Source: Bradymonadia bacterium
GTDB lineage: Bacteria > Myxococcota_A > Bradymonadia > UBA7976 > UBA1532
Direction: 5' to 3'
Length of the DNA: 64,000 bases
NCBI GenBank assembly: GCA_046290225.1
Contig: JBKAGE010000041.1
Coordinates: 32,001 to 96,000, forward strand
Shown: piece by piece, positions 41,209 through 51,369 of the stretch
Layout of the letters: each line of letters opens with the position of its first letter
Position numbering within the stretch: the stretch's first letter is position 1
Translations under genes and position numbers: made by a program
The notes under the pieces: model-generated
The model's database searches: none
What the model was told of the DNA's origin: nothing
The model's input: only the letters and a program-made list of their open reading frames with translations

Positions 41209-41236
41209 CCCAAGTGTTGCTCAAGCTCAACGCGTC

Positions 41237-43408
41237 TCAGAAGTCGGGGGCCTGAGTGATCTGGCGATGCAGCGCCGGGGTCATCTCTGCCCGCTGATGA
41301 TTCGTCGGTAGGCGGATGGGCAGCTCAAGGCGGAACATCGCCCCGTGGCCCGGGCCGTCGGAGTGGGCCGTGAGCGTACCTTCCATCGACTGCGCGTCGA
41401 GGGCGCTGGCGTGCAAGCCGAAGCCCGTACCATCCGACTTCGTGGTGAAGCCGTACGCGAAGATGCGGGTGAGGTTCTCTTCGGAGATGCCCACCCCCGA
41501 GTCTTTGATCTCGAAGGCGCAGCGGTCGTCTCCGACGCGCTCAAGCGAGATCGTGAGCAGGTGCTCACCCTCCACCTCTCGCATGGCCTGGATGGCGTTG
41601 CGGACGAGGTTGATCAAGATCTGCAGCACCTTGTCCCGTTCGACGAGAATCTCGGGGATATGGGTCACGTTCAGGTCGAGCTTGACCCCGTGGCGCTCCA
41701 TGCTCGAGCGGTTGATCTGCAGGGCGTCTTCGAGCAGCTCGGCCAGGTTGGCCGCCACCATCACCCCGCCCACGCGAGCGTAGGCCCGCTGCATGCCCAC
41801 CACGTGCTTGATGTGATCCACGTCTTTTGACAGGCGCTGCAGCTCTTCGATGAGCGTGGCCTGATCCTGGGTCAGACGCTCGCCGATCTTGCTGAGGTAT
41901 TCGATCAGCTGTGGGCCCTTGCCGCCCACATCGCCGAGCTGGCCGTTGAGCATCTGCGCGGCCTTGGCGATGCCCTCGACTTTGAGCTTTTGCACCTTCT
42001 CGATGGCCACGGTTGCCGAGACATTGACGCTGTTGAGCACATTACCCACGTTGTGGAGCACTTGGGCGGCCACTTCGGATTTACCGGCGCTCCGCGAGGC
42101 CTCGATGAGGCGAGCCTGGGTCTCTTCCAAAGCCTTGGCGGCATCGCGCTCGGCCTGGATGTCGGCCACGGAGCCTGCCATGCGCACCGGGTGTCCCTTC
42201 TCGGACCAGGTGGCCTGCCCTCGAATTCGGAACCAGCGCCAGCTGTCGTCGGGCATCTGGAACCGGAACTCATAGGCGCAGGGGGTGCGATGGAACATGT
42301 GACTGTTGAAGACCTTCATGAAGGGCTTGCGATCTTCGGGGTGCATGTGACCCAGGATCCAGTCCACGTCGGGCGTCACCTGCGACGGATCGAGATCGAA
42401 CATGTCGTAGATGCGGGGGGCCAAGTAGAGCTCGGGCGGCACCATGCCGAACTCCAGTGACCAGATGCCTTCACCGGAGCCTTCGATGGCCAGCTGGAAC
42501 CTCGCCTGGCTGCGGCGCAGTTCATAGGTTCGGGCCCGCACGCGCTGCTCCAGCTCGTCGCGACTGCGGGCCAGGGCCACCTCGGCCTCGCGCTGGTGGG
42601 TGCAGTCTTCCACGAGAGAGAGCAAGAAGGTGGTGCCAGGCCCTCGATCGGCCATCAGGGTGGAGTTGTGCCATCGGCAATGAATTACCGCACCGTCGCG
42701 GGTGTAGTTGCGGTTCTCTACCACTCGGCTCTGCTCAGTGCCCTCCATGAGTCCCTGAAGCTCTCCCCACACACGGGCTTCGTCTTCAGGATGCACCAGG
42801 CCTAAATCTGCAGGGGTGCGACCGAGGGCTTCGCTCGTCTGCCACCCGAAGATGGCCTGAGCGCGCCCTGACCAGCGAACCACCCGCAGCTCTCGATCCC
42901 ACTCGATGACACCGATGGGGCTGTTGTCCATGTGCTGGCGGAGCAGCGTATAGGTGCTGTGCAGCTCGGTGCCCTGCCGGTGTCGCTCGGTGACGTCGTT
43001 GCCATGGGGCACGAGGCAGATCACGTTGCCCGCCTCGTCGAAGTAGGGGAGCACCGAGAAGTCGACGATGAGTGTGTCGCCTTCGGGGCTGCGGATGTCG
43101 ACCTCGAAGCCTACACGCTCACCCTGGGCCGCCCGCTGAACGGCATAGCGAATGCGTTTGCGGATCGCCTTGCTGTGGCTCCACCAGGGCGCATGCCAGA
43201 GAGGGGCGCCGGTGATCGTGGCTTTGGGGATGTCGGTGAAGCGCACCGTGTAGTCATTGCACTCGATGACCCGGCCGTCCGGCGTGAGCAGTCCGGCGAA
43301 GCCCGCCAGAGCGTTCATGTAGCGCCGCAAGATCTGCAACGTCGAGGCGTCGGGGATCTCGCCGGGCTCGAACCCTTTGTCGCTCACCTCTTGGCCCATT
43401 TGAGTCAC
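41237..43408 (-). CDS. Cytoplasmic three-PAS histidine kinase
   Basis: PAS/PAC motifs (VHPED, MHPEDR, WRWFRIRG); VLHNVGNVLNS H-box; DSGVG, FTTK, GTGFGLH. Confidence 0.93.
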   Translation of the reverse strand: MTQMGQEVSDKGFEPGEIPDASTLQILRRYMNALAGFAGLLTPDGRVIECNDYTVRFTDIPKATITGAPLWHAPWWSHSKAIRKRIRYAVQRAAQGERVGFEVDIRSPEGDTLIVDFSVLPYFDEAGNVICLVPHGNDVTERHRQGTELHSTYTLLRQHMDNSPIGVIEWDRELRVVRWSGRAQAIFGWQTSEALGRTPADLGLVHPEDEARVWGELQGLMEGTEQSRVVENRNYTRDGAVIHCRWHNSTLMADRGPGTTFLLSLVEDCTHQREAEVALARSRDELEQRVRARTYELRRSQARFQLAIEGSGEGIWSLEFGMVPPELYLAPRIYDMFDLDPSQVTPDVDWILGHMHPEDRKPFMKVFNSHMFHRTPCAYEFRFQMPDDSWRWFRIRGQATWSEKGHPVRMAGSVADIQAERDAAKALEETQARLIEASRSAGKSEVAAQVLHNVGNVLNSVNVSATVAIEKVQKLKVEGIAKAAQMLNGQLGDVGGKGPQLIEYLSKIGERLTQDQATLIEELQRLSKDVDHIKHVVGMQRAYARVGGVMVAANLAELLEDALQINRSSMERHGVKLDLNVTHIPEILVERDKVLQILINLVRNAIQAMREVEGEHLLTISLERVGDDRCAFEIKDSGVGISEENLTRIFAYGFTTKSDGTGFGLHASALDAQSMEGTLTAHSDGPGHGAMFRLELPIRLPTNHQRAEMTPALHRQITQAPDF

Positions 43409-43566
43409 TCCTCGGCTCAGCTCTGCGCGGTCTCTGCGTTGATGTCTTCACATCGGCACGAGGGCGGGCGAGTCACCAGGGTGGGTGAAGGCGGGTCAGC
43501 GCTGACCCACCTCAACCTGATCCGGCCACTCTGCCGAAAGAACTGAGACAGACGATGGAGGCTCAC

Positions 43567-44139
43567 ATGGCCGAGAACCGGGACGATCGCCCGCACATCT
43601 TGATTGTCGACGACGAAGACAGCGTGCGCTCTGCGCTGCGCCGGACCCTGCGCAAGGAGGGCTACCGCCTCAGCTTCGCCTCATCGGCTCAGGAGGGCCT
43701 CGATCTCATGCGTCGAGATCGGCCCGATGTGCTGGTCACTGACCATCTGATGCCTCAGATGACTGGCCTCGAGCTGGTGAAGAAATGCAGCCTGCTCTAC
43801 CCGCACATGTCACGCATCGTGCTCACGGGTCAGGCGGAGATCGAGACGGTGGTGTCGGCCATCAACGAGGGCCACGTCTACCGATTCCTGTGCAAGCCCT
43901 GGGACGACGACGAGCTCAAGCTCACGCTGTTCCTCGCGGTGGATCGCGTACAGCTCGAGCGGGAGACCGCACGGCTCAAGATCACCGTGGCTCAGCAGAC
44001 ACGACGCATCAAAGAGTTGGAAGCCACCCTCGCTCGCCTGGGTGGAACCGCCGGATCCACGGATGGGTCCAAGAATGGTCCAATGAGGGACGATCATGGC
44101 GCGATCATCATCAGCGACGAAGACCTCGCGGGGCTCTGA
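43567..44139 (+). CDS. Response regulator (receiver + coiled coil)
   Basis: ILIVDDE, TDHLMP, LTG, KPWDD; GGAGG SD. Confidence 0.92.
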   Translation: MAENRDDRPHILIVDDEDSVRSALRRTLRKEGYRLSFASSAQEGLDLMRRDRPDVLVTDHLMPQMTGLELVKKCSLLYPHMSRIVLTGQAEIETVVSAINEGHVYRFLCKPWDDDELKLTLFLAVDRVQLERETARLKITVAQQTRRIKELEATLARLGGTAGSTDGSKNGPMRDDHGAIIISDEDLAGL

Positions 44140-45769
44140 GTCCAAAAAAGTGCACCCCCTCTGGCCGGTGCCCTCGACCCCGGAGCTTGGCCGCGACTGG
44201 CGCCCTCGCATTCTGGTGGTCGACGACGAGCCCCCGATTTGCCGGGCCCTGCGCCGTTTTCTGCGCATGGACGGCTTCGAGGTGCTCGAAGCGCACTCTG
44301 GCCGGGCGGCCCTCAAGCTCCTCGCGGAGCACGAGGAAGAGGTGCAGGTGATCATCTCTGATCTGAACATGCCCGGGGGCATGGACGGGATCGAGTTCCT
44401 GCGCACGGTGCGGGACGAGTACCCCCGCGCCCGACGCATTCTGCTCACCGCCTTCGGTGATCTGAATCTGATGGAGCGGGCCATCAACGAGTCCGGGGTG
44501 CATCGGTTCATGCCCAAGCCCTGGGACTCAGAGGTCATGCGCACCACGATCAAAGAGAGCGTGGAGCAGTGGCAGGCCCTGAACGAGCGTGAGGAGATGG
44601 CGGCCCTCGTGAAGCGCCAACGTGACGCCCTGGAGGGTCTCACCGAGGAGCTCAAGGAGCAGGTCTCCCGACGGACCGAGCTGTTGGAGAACGTCACCCG
44701 TCGCTGGCGGCAGACCCTCGACAGCATCAACGATCCGCTCACGCTCATCGATCGCGACTACCGCATCCAGCGGGCGAACAAAGCAGCGGCCCGATGGGCC
44801 GGCGCCGACATCCGGGCCCTCAACGGTCAGAAGTGCCACCGCGTGCTCTTCGGTCACGAGAGCCCCTGCTCGGGCTGCCCGATGGGCCGCACCGACGAGG
44901 CGCTGCGCGACGCCGAGGAGGCGGTGGAGATCGCCGACGCCCGCACAGGGCAGCTCTGGGCGGTGAGCAGCTGGCCCCTCGACGCGGAGATGGACTCGGA
45001 GATGGGGCAGTACGTCTGCCACTACCGCGACATCACGGCCTCGAAGGCCCTGGAGCGCCGGGTCATCATGTCCGAGAAGATGGCCGCTGTGGGCGAGCTG
45101 TCAGGGTGTGTGGCCCACGAGCTGAACAACCCGCTGACCGGCATCTTGTCGTTCAGCCAGATTCTCGGTCGCAAGGTCCGTGACGACGACAAGCTCGCCG
45201 GCATGACCCGCGACATCGAAGAGCAAGCCCGGCGATGCAAACACATCGTGCAGAGCCTGCTCGACTTTGCCCGGCCTGGGGCGACCCCGGCCTCGAAGAG
45301 CGCCATCGATCTGCACGATCTCATCGAGAACTGTGCCTACATGGCGAACCTGAAAGGCGGGGTGGTCTTCAACTTCGAAGGCCCAGAAGACCTCTGGCCG
45401 GTCTGGGGCAACAGCGACAGCTTGAAGTCGGTGTTCCTCAACCTGTTCAACAACGCAGTGCATGCCATGGAAGGCGCCGGAAAAGTCCAGGGACAGATAC
45501 GGGTGGTGGCCGACAACCACAGCGCCCGCCCTGGAGAAGGCCGCACAGTACATCTGCGGGTCATGGACGACGGACCCGGGATCCCGACGACGCTTCGGGA
45601 GCAGGTGTTTGCGCCGTTCTTCACCACCAAGGCGGAGAACAAGAGTGGGACGGGCCTCGGCTTGTCCATCGTGAAGAACGTCATAGAAGATCACGGCGGA
45701 TCGGTGAACCTGATCGACGGGCCCTCCGGGGGGGCCTGCTTCGACATCAAGTTGCCCACCCGCACGTAG
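44096..45769 (+). CDS. Hybrid receiver-PAS-histidine kinase (start uncertain; GTG 44150 possible)
   Basis: LVVDDE receiver; CHRVLFG..PCSGCP PAS; VAHELNNPL; FFTTK..GTGLGL. Confidence 0.9.
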   Translation: MARSSSATKTSRGSESKKVHPLWPVPSTPELGRDWRPRILVVDDEPPICRALRRFLRMDGFEVLEAHSGRAALKLLAEHEEEVQVIISDLNMPGGMDGIEFLRTVRDEYPRARRILLTAFGDLNLMERAINESGVHRFMPKPWDSEVMRTTIKESVEQWQALNEREEMAALVKRQRDALEGLTEELKEQVSRRTELLENVTRRWRQTLDSINDPLTLIDRDYRIQRANKAAARWAGADIRALNGQKCHRVLFGHESPCSGCPMGRTDEALRDAEEAVEIADARTGQLWAVSSWPLDAEMDSEMGQYVCHYRDITASKALERRVIMSEKMAAVGELSGCVAHELNNPLTGILSFSQILGRKVRDDDKLAGMTRDIEEQARRCKHIVQSLLDFARPGATPASKSAIDLHDLIENCAYMANLKGGVVFNFEGPEDLWPVWGNSDSLKSVFLNLFNNAVHAMEGAGKVQGQIRVVADNHSARPGEGRTVHLRVMDDGPGIPTTLREQVFAPFFTTKAENKSGTGLGLSIVKNVIEDHGGSVNLIDGPSGGACFDIKLPTRT

Positions 45770-45827
45770 CCGAACCATGCAGCCTGTGGGGGCCACTGGC
45801 CCCGAGTCGGGAGAACGAGGAGACGTC

Positions 45828-47285
<1,458 letters not shown>

Positions 47286-47291
47286 GTGGGG

Positions 47292-47434
47292 CTTGGGCGG
47301 ACGGCCGCCCTTCGGGCCGCCTGTAGCGGACGGTCATCGCCTTGCGGCGACAGCCTGTAGCGGACGCCTGAACCAGCTGCGCTGGTCCAGAGCTGTAGCG
47401 GACGCTCATTTGCCTTCGGCAAATTCCCTGTAGC
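47292..47434. repeat. Array of 12-bp direct repeats CTGTAGCGGACG separated by unique hairpins
   Basis: Perfect copies at 47321, 47355, 47393; degenerate at 47292; partial at 47428. Confidence 0.85.
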
Positions 47435-47444
47435 TGTTTGAAGA

Positions 47445-47590
47445 TCACTTTTGGGCGCTGGGCGCGCGTGCCTGGGGGCCGAAGTGCTTCAGCAGCACCT
47501 CTGTGTGCTCTTCGATTCCCTTTGCCATACGTTGACTGTCGCGGGCTGCGAAACGGCGATTCAGGTCGTATTCGTTGGCGATGGATTCAT
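47445..47590 (-). pseudogene. C-terminal remnant of a fourth lipoprotein paralog
   Basis: IEEHTEVLLKHFGP matches IEEHEELLLKHFGP of the neighbouring gene; the ATG at 47590 is out of frame with the remnant. Confidence 0.7.
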
Positions 47591-48429
47591 GGCTGAGTCT
47601 CATGGCTGTACCTGAGCACAGGCACAGAGCGCCGTGGTCCGAAGTGCTTGAGCAGCAACTCTTCGTGCTCTTCGATGAAGACTGCATGTTCGAGGGCTCT
47701 TCGAGCTGCCTTCACATGAGGTGAGTCGTCATCGTCGGCGATGTCGGCGAGTATTTCGTGTGCCGCCGGTTGCCGAGTCCATCCGAGGGCGCGGGTACAG
47801 TTGAGGTTGATGCTCCACAGATGACTGCGTGTATGTCGCGTATCGGAAGAGCGTACGTTGATGCTGGTGGCATCTGCCTGAGACGGATGGCCGCTGCATG
47901 CCATGAGGTACTCAGCGATCAGTCGGCTCTCTTGCGGGTGGCTGTCGGCAAAGCGTCCAGCGAGAACGCCCAATGACCAGATGGCGGTCGTGGTTCTATA
48001 ACGACGCCAGACTTGGCCACTCGATTGAGCAACACTCAGGTACGCCCGGATACCACGGGCGTCTTCGATGTGGCCCGAAAAGGCGATGACCTGCATCGAA
48101 CCGCCGGCACACCCCAGATGATTGTCACGCATCATGGTGAAGGCCGCGGCAACATCCTCTGGTGGGTACGATGCAAACCGTAAGAGATCAGTCGCTCTCG
48201 TGGTGTGCGAGCTGTGCCCACAGCTGGCGTGCCAACATGCATAGTCTTCTACTGCGATGGGTTTTGCCTTGGCGAGTCGCTTCACAGCCCTTTCGATGAT
48301 CTCTTCGAAAGACAAGTGCTCGTCAGGTTTGGGGCCAAACCGGAGGCGTTTCTTTTGAGCACAGCCTGCTGCGAGCACACTCCACACGAGTACCCACGAA
48401 GAGACCATCTGCATCCAGGAGCGCTTCAT
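47587..48429 (-). CDS. Hypothetical lipoprotein, tandem paralog 3
   Basis: Lipobox LAAGC; AC-x4-CG, CAGG, IAFSG, LG.LAGRF motifs shared with neighbours. Confidence 0.8.
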   Translation of the reverse strand: MKRSWMQMVSSWVLVWSVLAAGCAQKKRLRFGPKPDEHLSFEEIIERAVKRLAKAKPIAVEDYACWHASCGHSSHTTRATDLLRFASYPPEDVAAAFTMMRDNHLGCAGGSMQVIAFSGHIEDARGIRAYLSVAQSSGQVWRRYRTTTAIWSLGVLAGRFADSHPQESRLIAEYLMACSGHPSQADATSINVRSSDTRHTRSHLWSINLNCTRALGWTRQPAAHEILADIADDDDSPHVKAARRALEHAVFIEEHEELLLKHFGPRRSVPVLRYSHETQP

Positions 48430-49265
48430 GGGGTGCTCTGATGCGATGTGTCACCTCTTTCGAGGGTGGGCTGAGGACCCAAGTACGCTCGCAGTAGCTC
48501 TTCGTGATCTTCGATGAACTCAAAGGTGTCGAGGCTGGCCTGCGCGGCGCCGCTGCGATGGGCATTGTCTCCGTCGACGGTGGCTTCCAGCGTTTCGCGG
48601 GCGGCCTCACTGCGCGTATAGGCGAGGCCCTGGATGCAGATGATGCCGAGGGCATGGCGGGCGTTGGCGGCGTCTTTTTCGTTGCGGGCTCGGGAGTCGA
48701 GGTGGGGCAAGCGGTCCCAGGCCGTGGGATCACTGCACGTGACGAGATACATAGTGACTGCGCGGCTCGCCTGGGGTTCGGTGTCAGCGAAGCGCCCGGC
48801 GAGTATCCCCAGCGCTCTGATGGCCGCGATGCGGCCGTGGCTGTACCAAAGCTCGTCGTCGGGCCTCGGCGCCTCGATGTATGCCCTGACGTGCGCTGCG
48901 TCGCTGATGTGGCCTGAGAAGGCTGCGATGCGCATTGCTCCGCCTGCGCATCCCTTTCGCCGCTCAGTGTCGAGGAGCGGCCAGAGGGTGGCGACCTCTG
49001 ATGCCGAGAAGGATGCGTCGCCGAGCACGTGGGCCCAATGCTCGGTGTAAGCCCCGTGGCCACATCCTTCTGCGCAGCACGCCTGGATCTTGATGCTCAC
49101 TTTCGACCGTCGGGCGTGCATATGAACCGCACCTTCCAACAACTCGTCGAGCGGCCAATCTTCGTCGTACACCGGCAACGCGCCAGGAGGCCTCTGTCGA
49201 GCGCAGCCGGCCGCGAGCATGGCCACGAGCCACATACACGAGATGCTGATGCTCTGCCGCTTCAG
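48426..49265 (-). CDS. Hypothetical lipoprotein, tandem paralog 2 (probable CTG start; first ATG at 49235)
   Basis: Lipobox LAAGC; same motifs; in-frame CTG-AAG-CGG overlapping the upstream stop codon. Confidence 0.8.
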   Translation of the reverse strand: MKRQSISISCMWLVAMLAAGCARQRPPGALPVYDEDWPLDELLEGAVHMHARRSKVSIKIQACCAEGCGHGAYTEHWAHVLGDASFSASEVATLWPLLDTERRKGCAGGAMRIAAFSGHISDAAHVRAYIEAPRPDDELWYSHGRIAAIRALGILAGRFADTEPQASRAVTMYLVTCSDPTAWDRLPHLDSRARNEKDAANARHALGIICIQGLAYTRSEAARETLEATVDGDNAHRSGAAQASLDTFEFIEDHEELLRAYLGPQPTLERGDTSHQSTP

Positions 49266-50062
49266 GGTTGCCCCCGATCTTCAACGGCGCTTTGTTCACG
49301 GGAGCCTAAGTGTTCGAGAACCAAGGCTTCGTTGTCGTCGATGAACTTCACGAGGCGCAGCGCCCGTTGGGCGGTGAAGCTACGTACATCATCAGCCTCT
49401 CGCGAGATCTCGCGCAGTACCTCGTGTGCCCTCGCATTGCGGGTGTAAGCGAGGGCGCTGATGCAAGGCTCGGTCAGGCTGTTGTTGATGAGCGCCCCAG
49501 AGGATCTCGCGGAGGTGTGTTGCGCGAACTCGGGTTGTGCCAGCCAGTGATCATCCCGAGTGCACGTGATGAGATCATCTGTAATTCGAGCGTTCACGTC
49601 GGGTGCAATGTCCACAAATCGCCCAGCGATAACCCCCAACGCCTGCACCGCTGGGGTGTGCACGAATCGATATGAACGCTCACCGCGGGCTTTGATGAGG
49701 GCCATGAACGCTCTCGTCCGTTCGATGTCACTGAGATCGCCAGAGAAAGCGATGGCCTGAAGCACGCCGGGGGCGCAGCGCGCCCCGTCGTACGTATGGA
49801 GCAGTGCCCAGGCATCATCGAGTTCACGGCGTGTGTGAGAGGCAGCCCAGAGCAAATCGGCGACGAGCTCATGCGCAATGTGGTTGCCACAGCCCCTCAA
49901 GTCACACGCATAGTGTTCGATCGTGTAGTCAGGCTGATGTCGGAGCGCTGATGTGAAGAGCGCTTCGACAGAGGCGTCGGCGTTTGGGGGCGTGACACGT
50001 TCGGGGGTGCATCCACAGGTGAGCATGCCCAGCAGCAAAAGCTTGATGTGCATACATCTCAT
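49262..50062 (-). CDS. Hypothetical lipoprotein, tandem paralog 1
   Basis: Lipobox LTCGC; YACDLRGCG, CAPG, IAFSG, ALGVIAGRF, CISALAYTR. Confidence 0.8.
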   Translation of the reverse strand: MRCMHIKLLLLGMLTCGCTPERVTPPNADASVEALFTSALRHQPDYTIEHYACDLRGCGNHIAHELVADLLWAASHTRRELDDAWALLHTYDGARCAPGVLQAIAFSGDLSDIERTRAFMALIKARGERSYRFVHTPAVQALGVIAGRFVDIAPDVNARITDDLITCTRDDHWLAQPEFAQHTSARSSGALINNSLTEPCISALAYTRNARAHEVLREISREADDVRSFTAQRALRLVKFIDDNEALVLEHLGSREQSAVEDRGQP

Positions 50063-50116
50063 GTCTGCCCTCGGGTCATCTCTATGCCCATCATCGCCCC
50101 ACTTGACGGTGACCGG

Positions 50117-51358
50117 TCACCGCCCCTTGCGACACTCTTCGAGTGTCTTCGTATCTCGCCTGCTGATGGGCAAAGCGCAGTCGAGTTGCTTGCCCAAGGC
50201 CCGCAGCGCGTCATTGAGTCCGGCAGATTGCCCCGTGGCGCGGCCTTCATGTGCGCGATACAGCTGCGGATATAACGGCGCCCCCTTCACGTTCATTCTC
50301 CGAGCCGGGATCAGATACCGCGGGGACTCACCCCACTCGGGCTCGAGCACCATCTGATAGGCCTCGTCGGAGGCCAGGAACTCGATGAACGCCCGGGCCA
50401 CTGCGAGCTTGCGCCCCTTCAAACCAGCATCCAATGCCAGACCATCCACCCAGCCAATGCCTGTGGCTGCGTCATCGATGGTGGCCTGAGGCAGGGCACG
50501 CACTGCGAGCTCTTCAGGGCGAAGGCAAGCATCCGTAGGACCGCAGCTCTGCTGCACTTCACTCATCGCCGCATGCAGGGTCTCGGAGTAGCCCACATAT
50601 GCATCCGCTTCACCACGCACGAAGGCTCGGGCGTAGTAACCCACTCGATCGTGGAGCGCGTCGTTTCGGCAATGACCTGCAGGGCAGCTCTGGAGAATCT
50701 GCGACATCAGCTCGACGACCCGTGAATCGAGAGGGGCGCCGGACATGATTTTTGCCTCGGCCGCTTTGGCGCCTTCGAATTGAGAGAGCAGCGTGAGGTA
50801 CCACTCGCCGAGGGTGGACTTCCCCTTGAAGTCTACGAACATCGCCCGCTTCCGCCCTGCGAGCACCGCGTTCACTTCAGCCCAGGTCCGGGCCTGGGCC
50901 AGCTCGGTGTCATGGGCGCGGTGAAACAGGAAGTTCCCGCACATCCAGTGGGGCACCGCCCAGGTCTGGCCGTCGCGCTGCACCGCTTGCAGGGCCATCT
51001 CGGCGTAAGGCCCCACCGGGGGCTTCGCGTAGGGCTGCAGCTTCTTGGCGGCGATCATGTCGCTGAGCATCACCGTGTCGATCTCGTAGACGTCGGCCTG
51101 CACTTTCGACAGCCCGCCGGAGTAGTAGTGCCACGTGAGAGCTGGGGTTTCGACCAGCTCGACGTTCACCCCGGGGTGGGCTTTCTCGAAGGCCGCTTCG
51201 AGTTCGAAGAACAGTCCGCGTGCATCAGGTACGTAAGGGTAGAGGGCCACCCTCAGCGTGAGGGGCTCAGCAGCCTTGAGGCGAGTGTGGCCACAGCCAG
51301 CGAGCACGAGCAGCGTGAGCACGTGGGTGAGCAGCCTGATATGACCCGGGGCCGGCAT
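50117..51358 (-). CDS. Thiaminase I (thiamine pyridinylase)-like lipoprotein
   Basis: Lipobox LAGC; VALYPYVPD, DVYEID, VPHWMCGNFLF (catalytic Cys position), VGYSE (catalytic Glu position). Confidence 0.82.
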   Translation of the reverse strand: MPAPGHIRLLTHVLTLLVLAGCGHTRLKAAEPLTLRVALYPYVPDARGLFFELEAAFEKAHPGVNVELVETPALTWHYYSGGLSKVQADVYEIDTVMLSDMIAAKKLQPYAKPPVGPYAEMALQAVQRDGQTWAVPHWMCGNFLFHRAHDTELAQARTWAEVNAVLAGRKRAMFVDFKGKSTLGEWYLTLLSQFEGAKAAEAKIMSGAPLDSRVVELMSQILQSCPAGHCRNDALHDRVGYYARAFVRGEADAYVGYSETLHAAMSEVQQSCGPTDACLRPEELAVRALPQATIDDAATGIGWVDGLALDAGLKGRKLAVARAFIEFLASDEAYQMVLEPEWGESPRYLIPARRMNVKGAPLYPQLYRAHEGRATGQSAGLNDALRALGKQLDCALPISRRDTKTLEECRKGR

Positions 51359-51369
51359 GGGGGCTCCGA

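Noticed and set aside
47292..47434. CRISPR array
   Set aside because: Repeat is only 12 bp, spacers are palindromic, and there are no cas genes in the window.
47445..47687. 80-aa ORF as a real gene
   Set aside because: Its first part is an alternate frame of paralog 3; only the tail is a paralog remnant.
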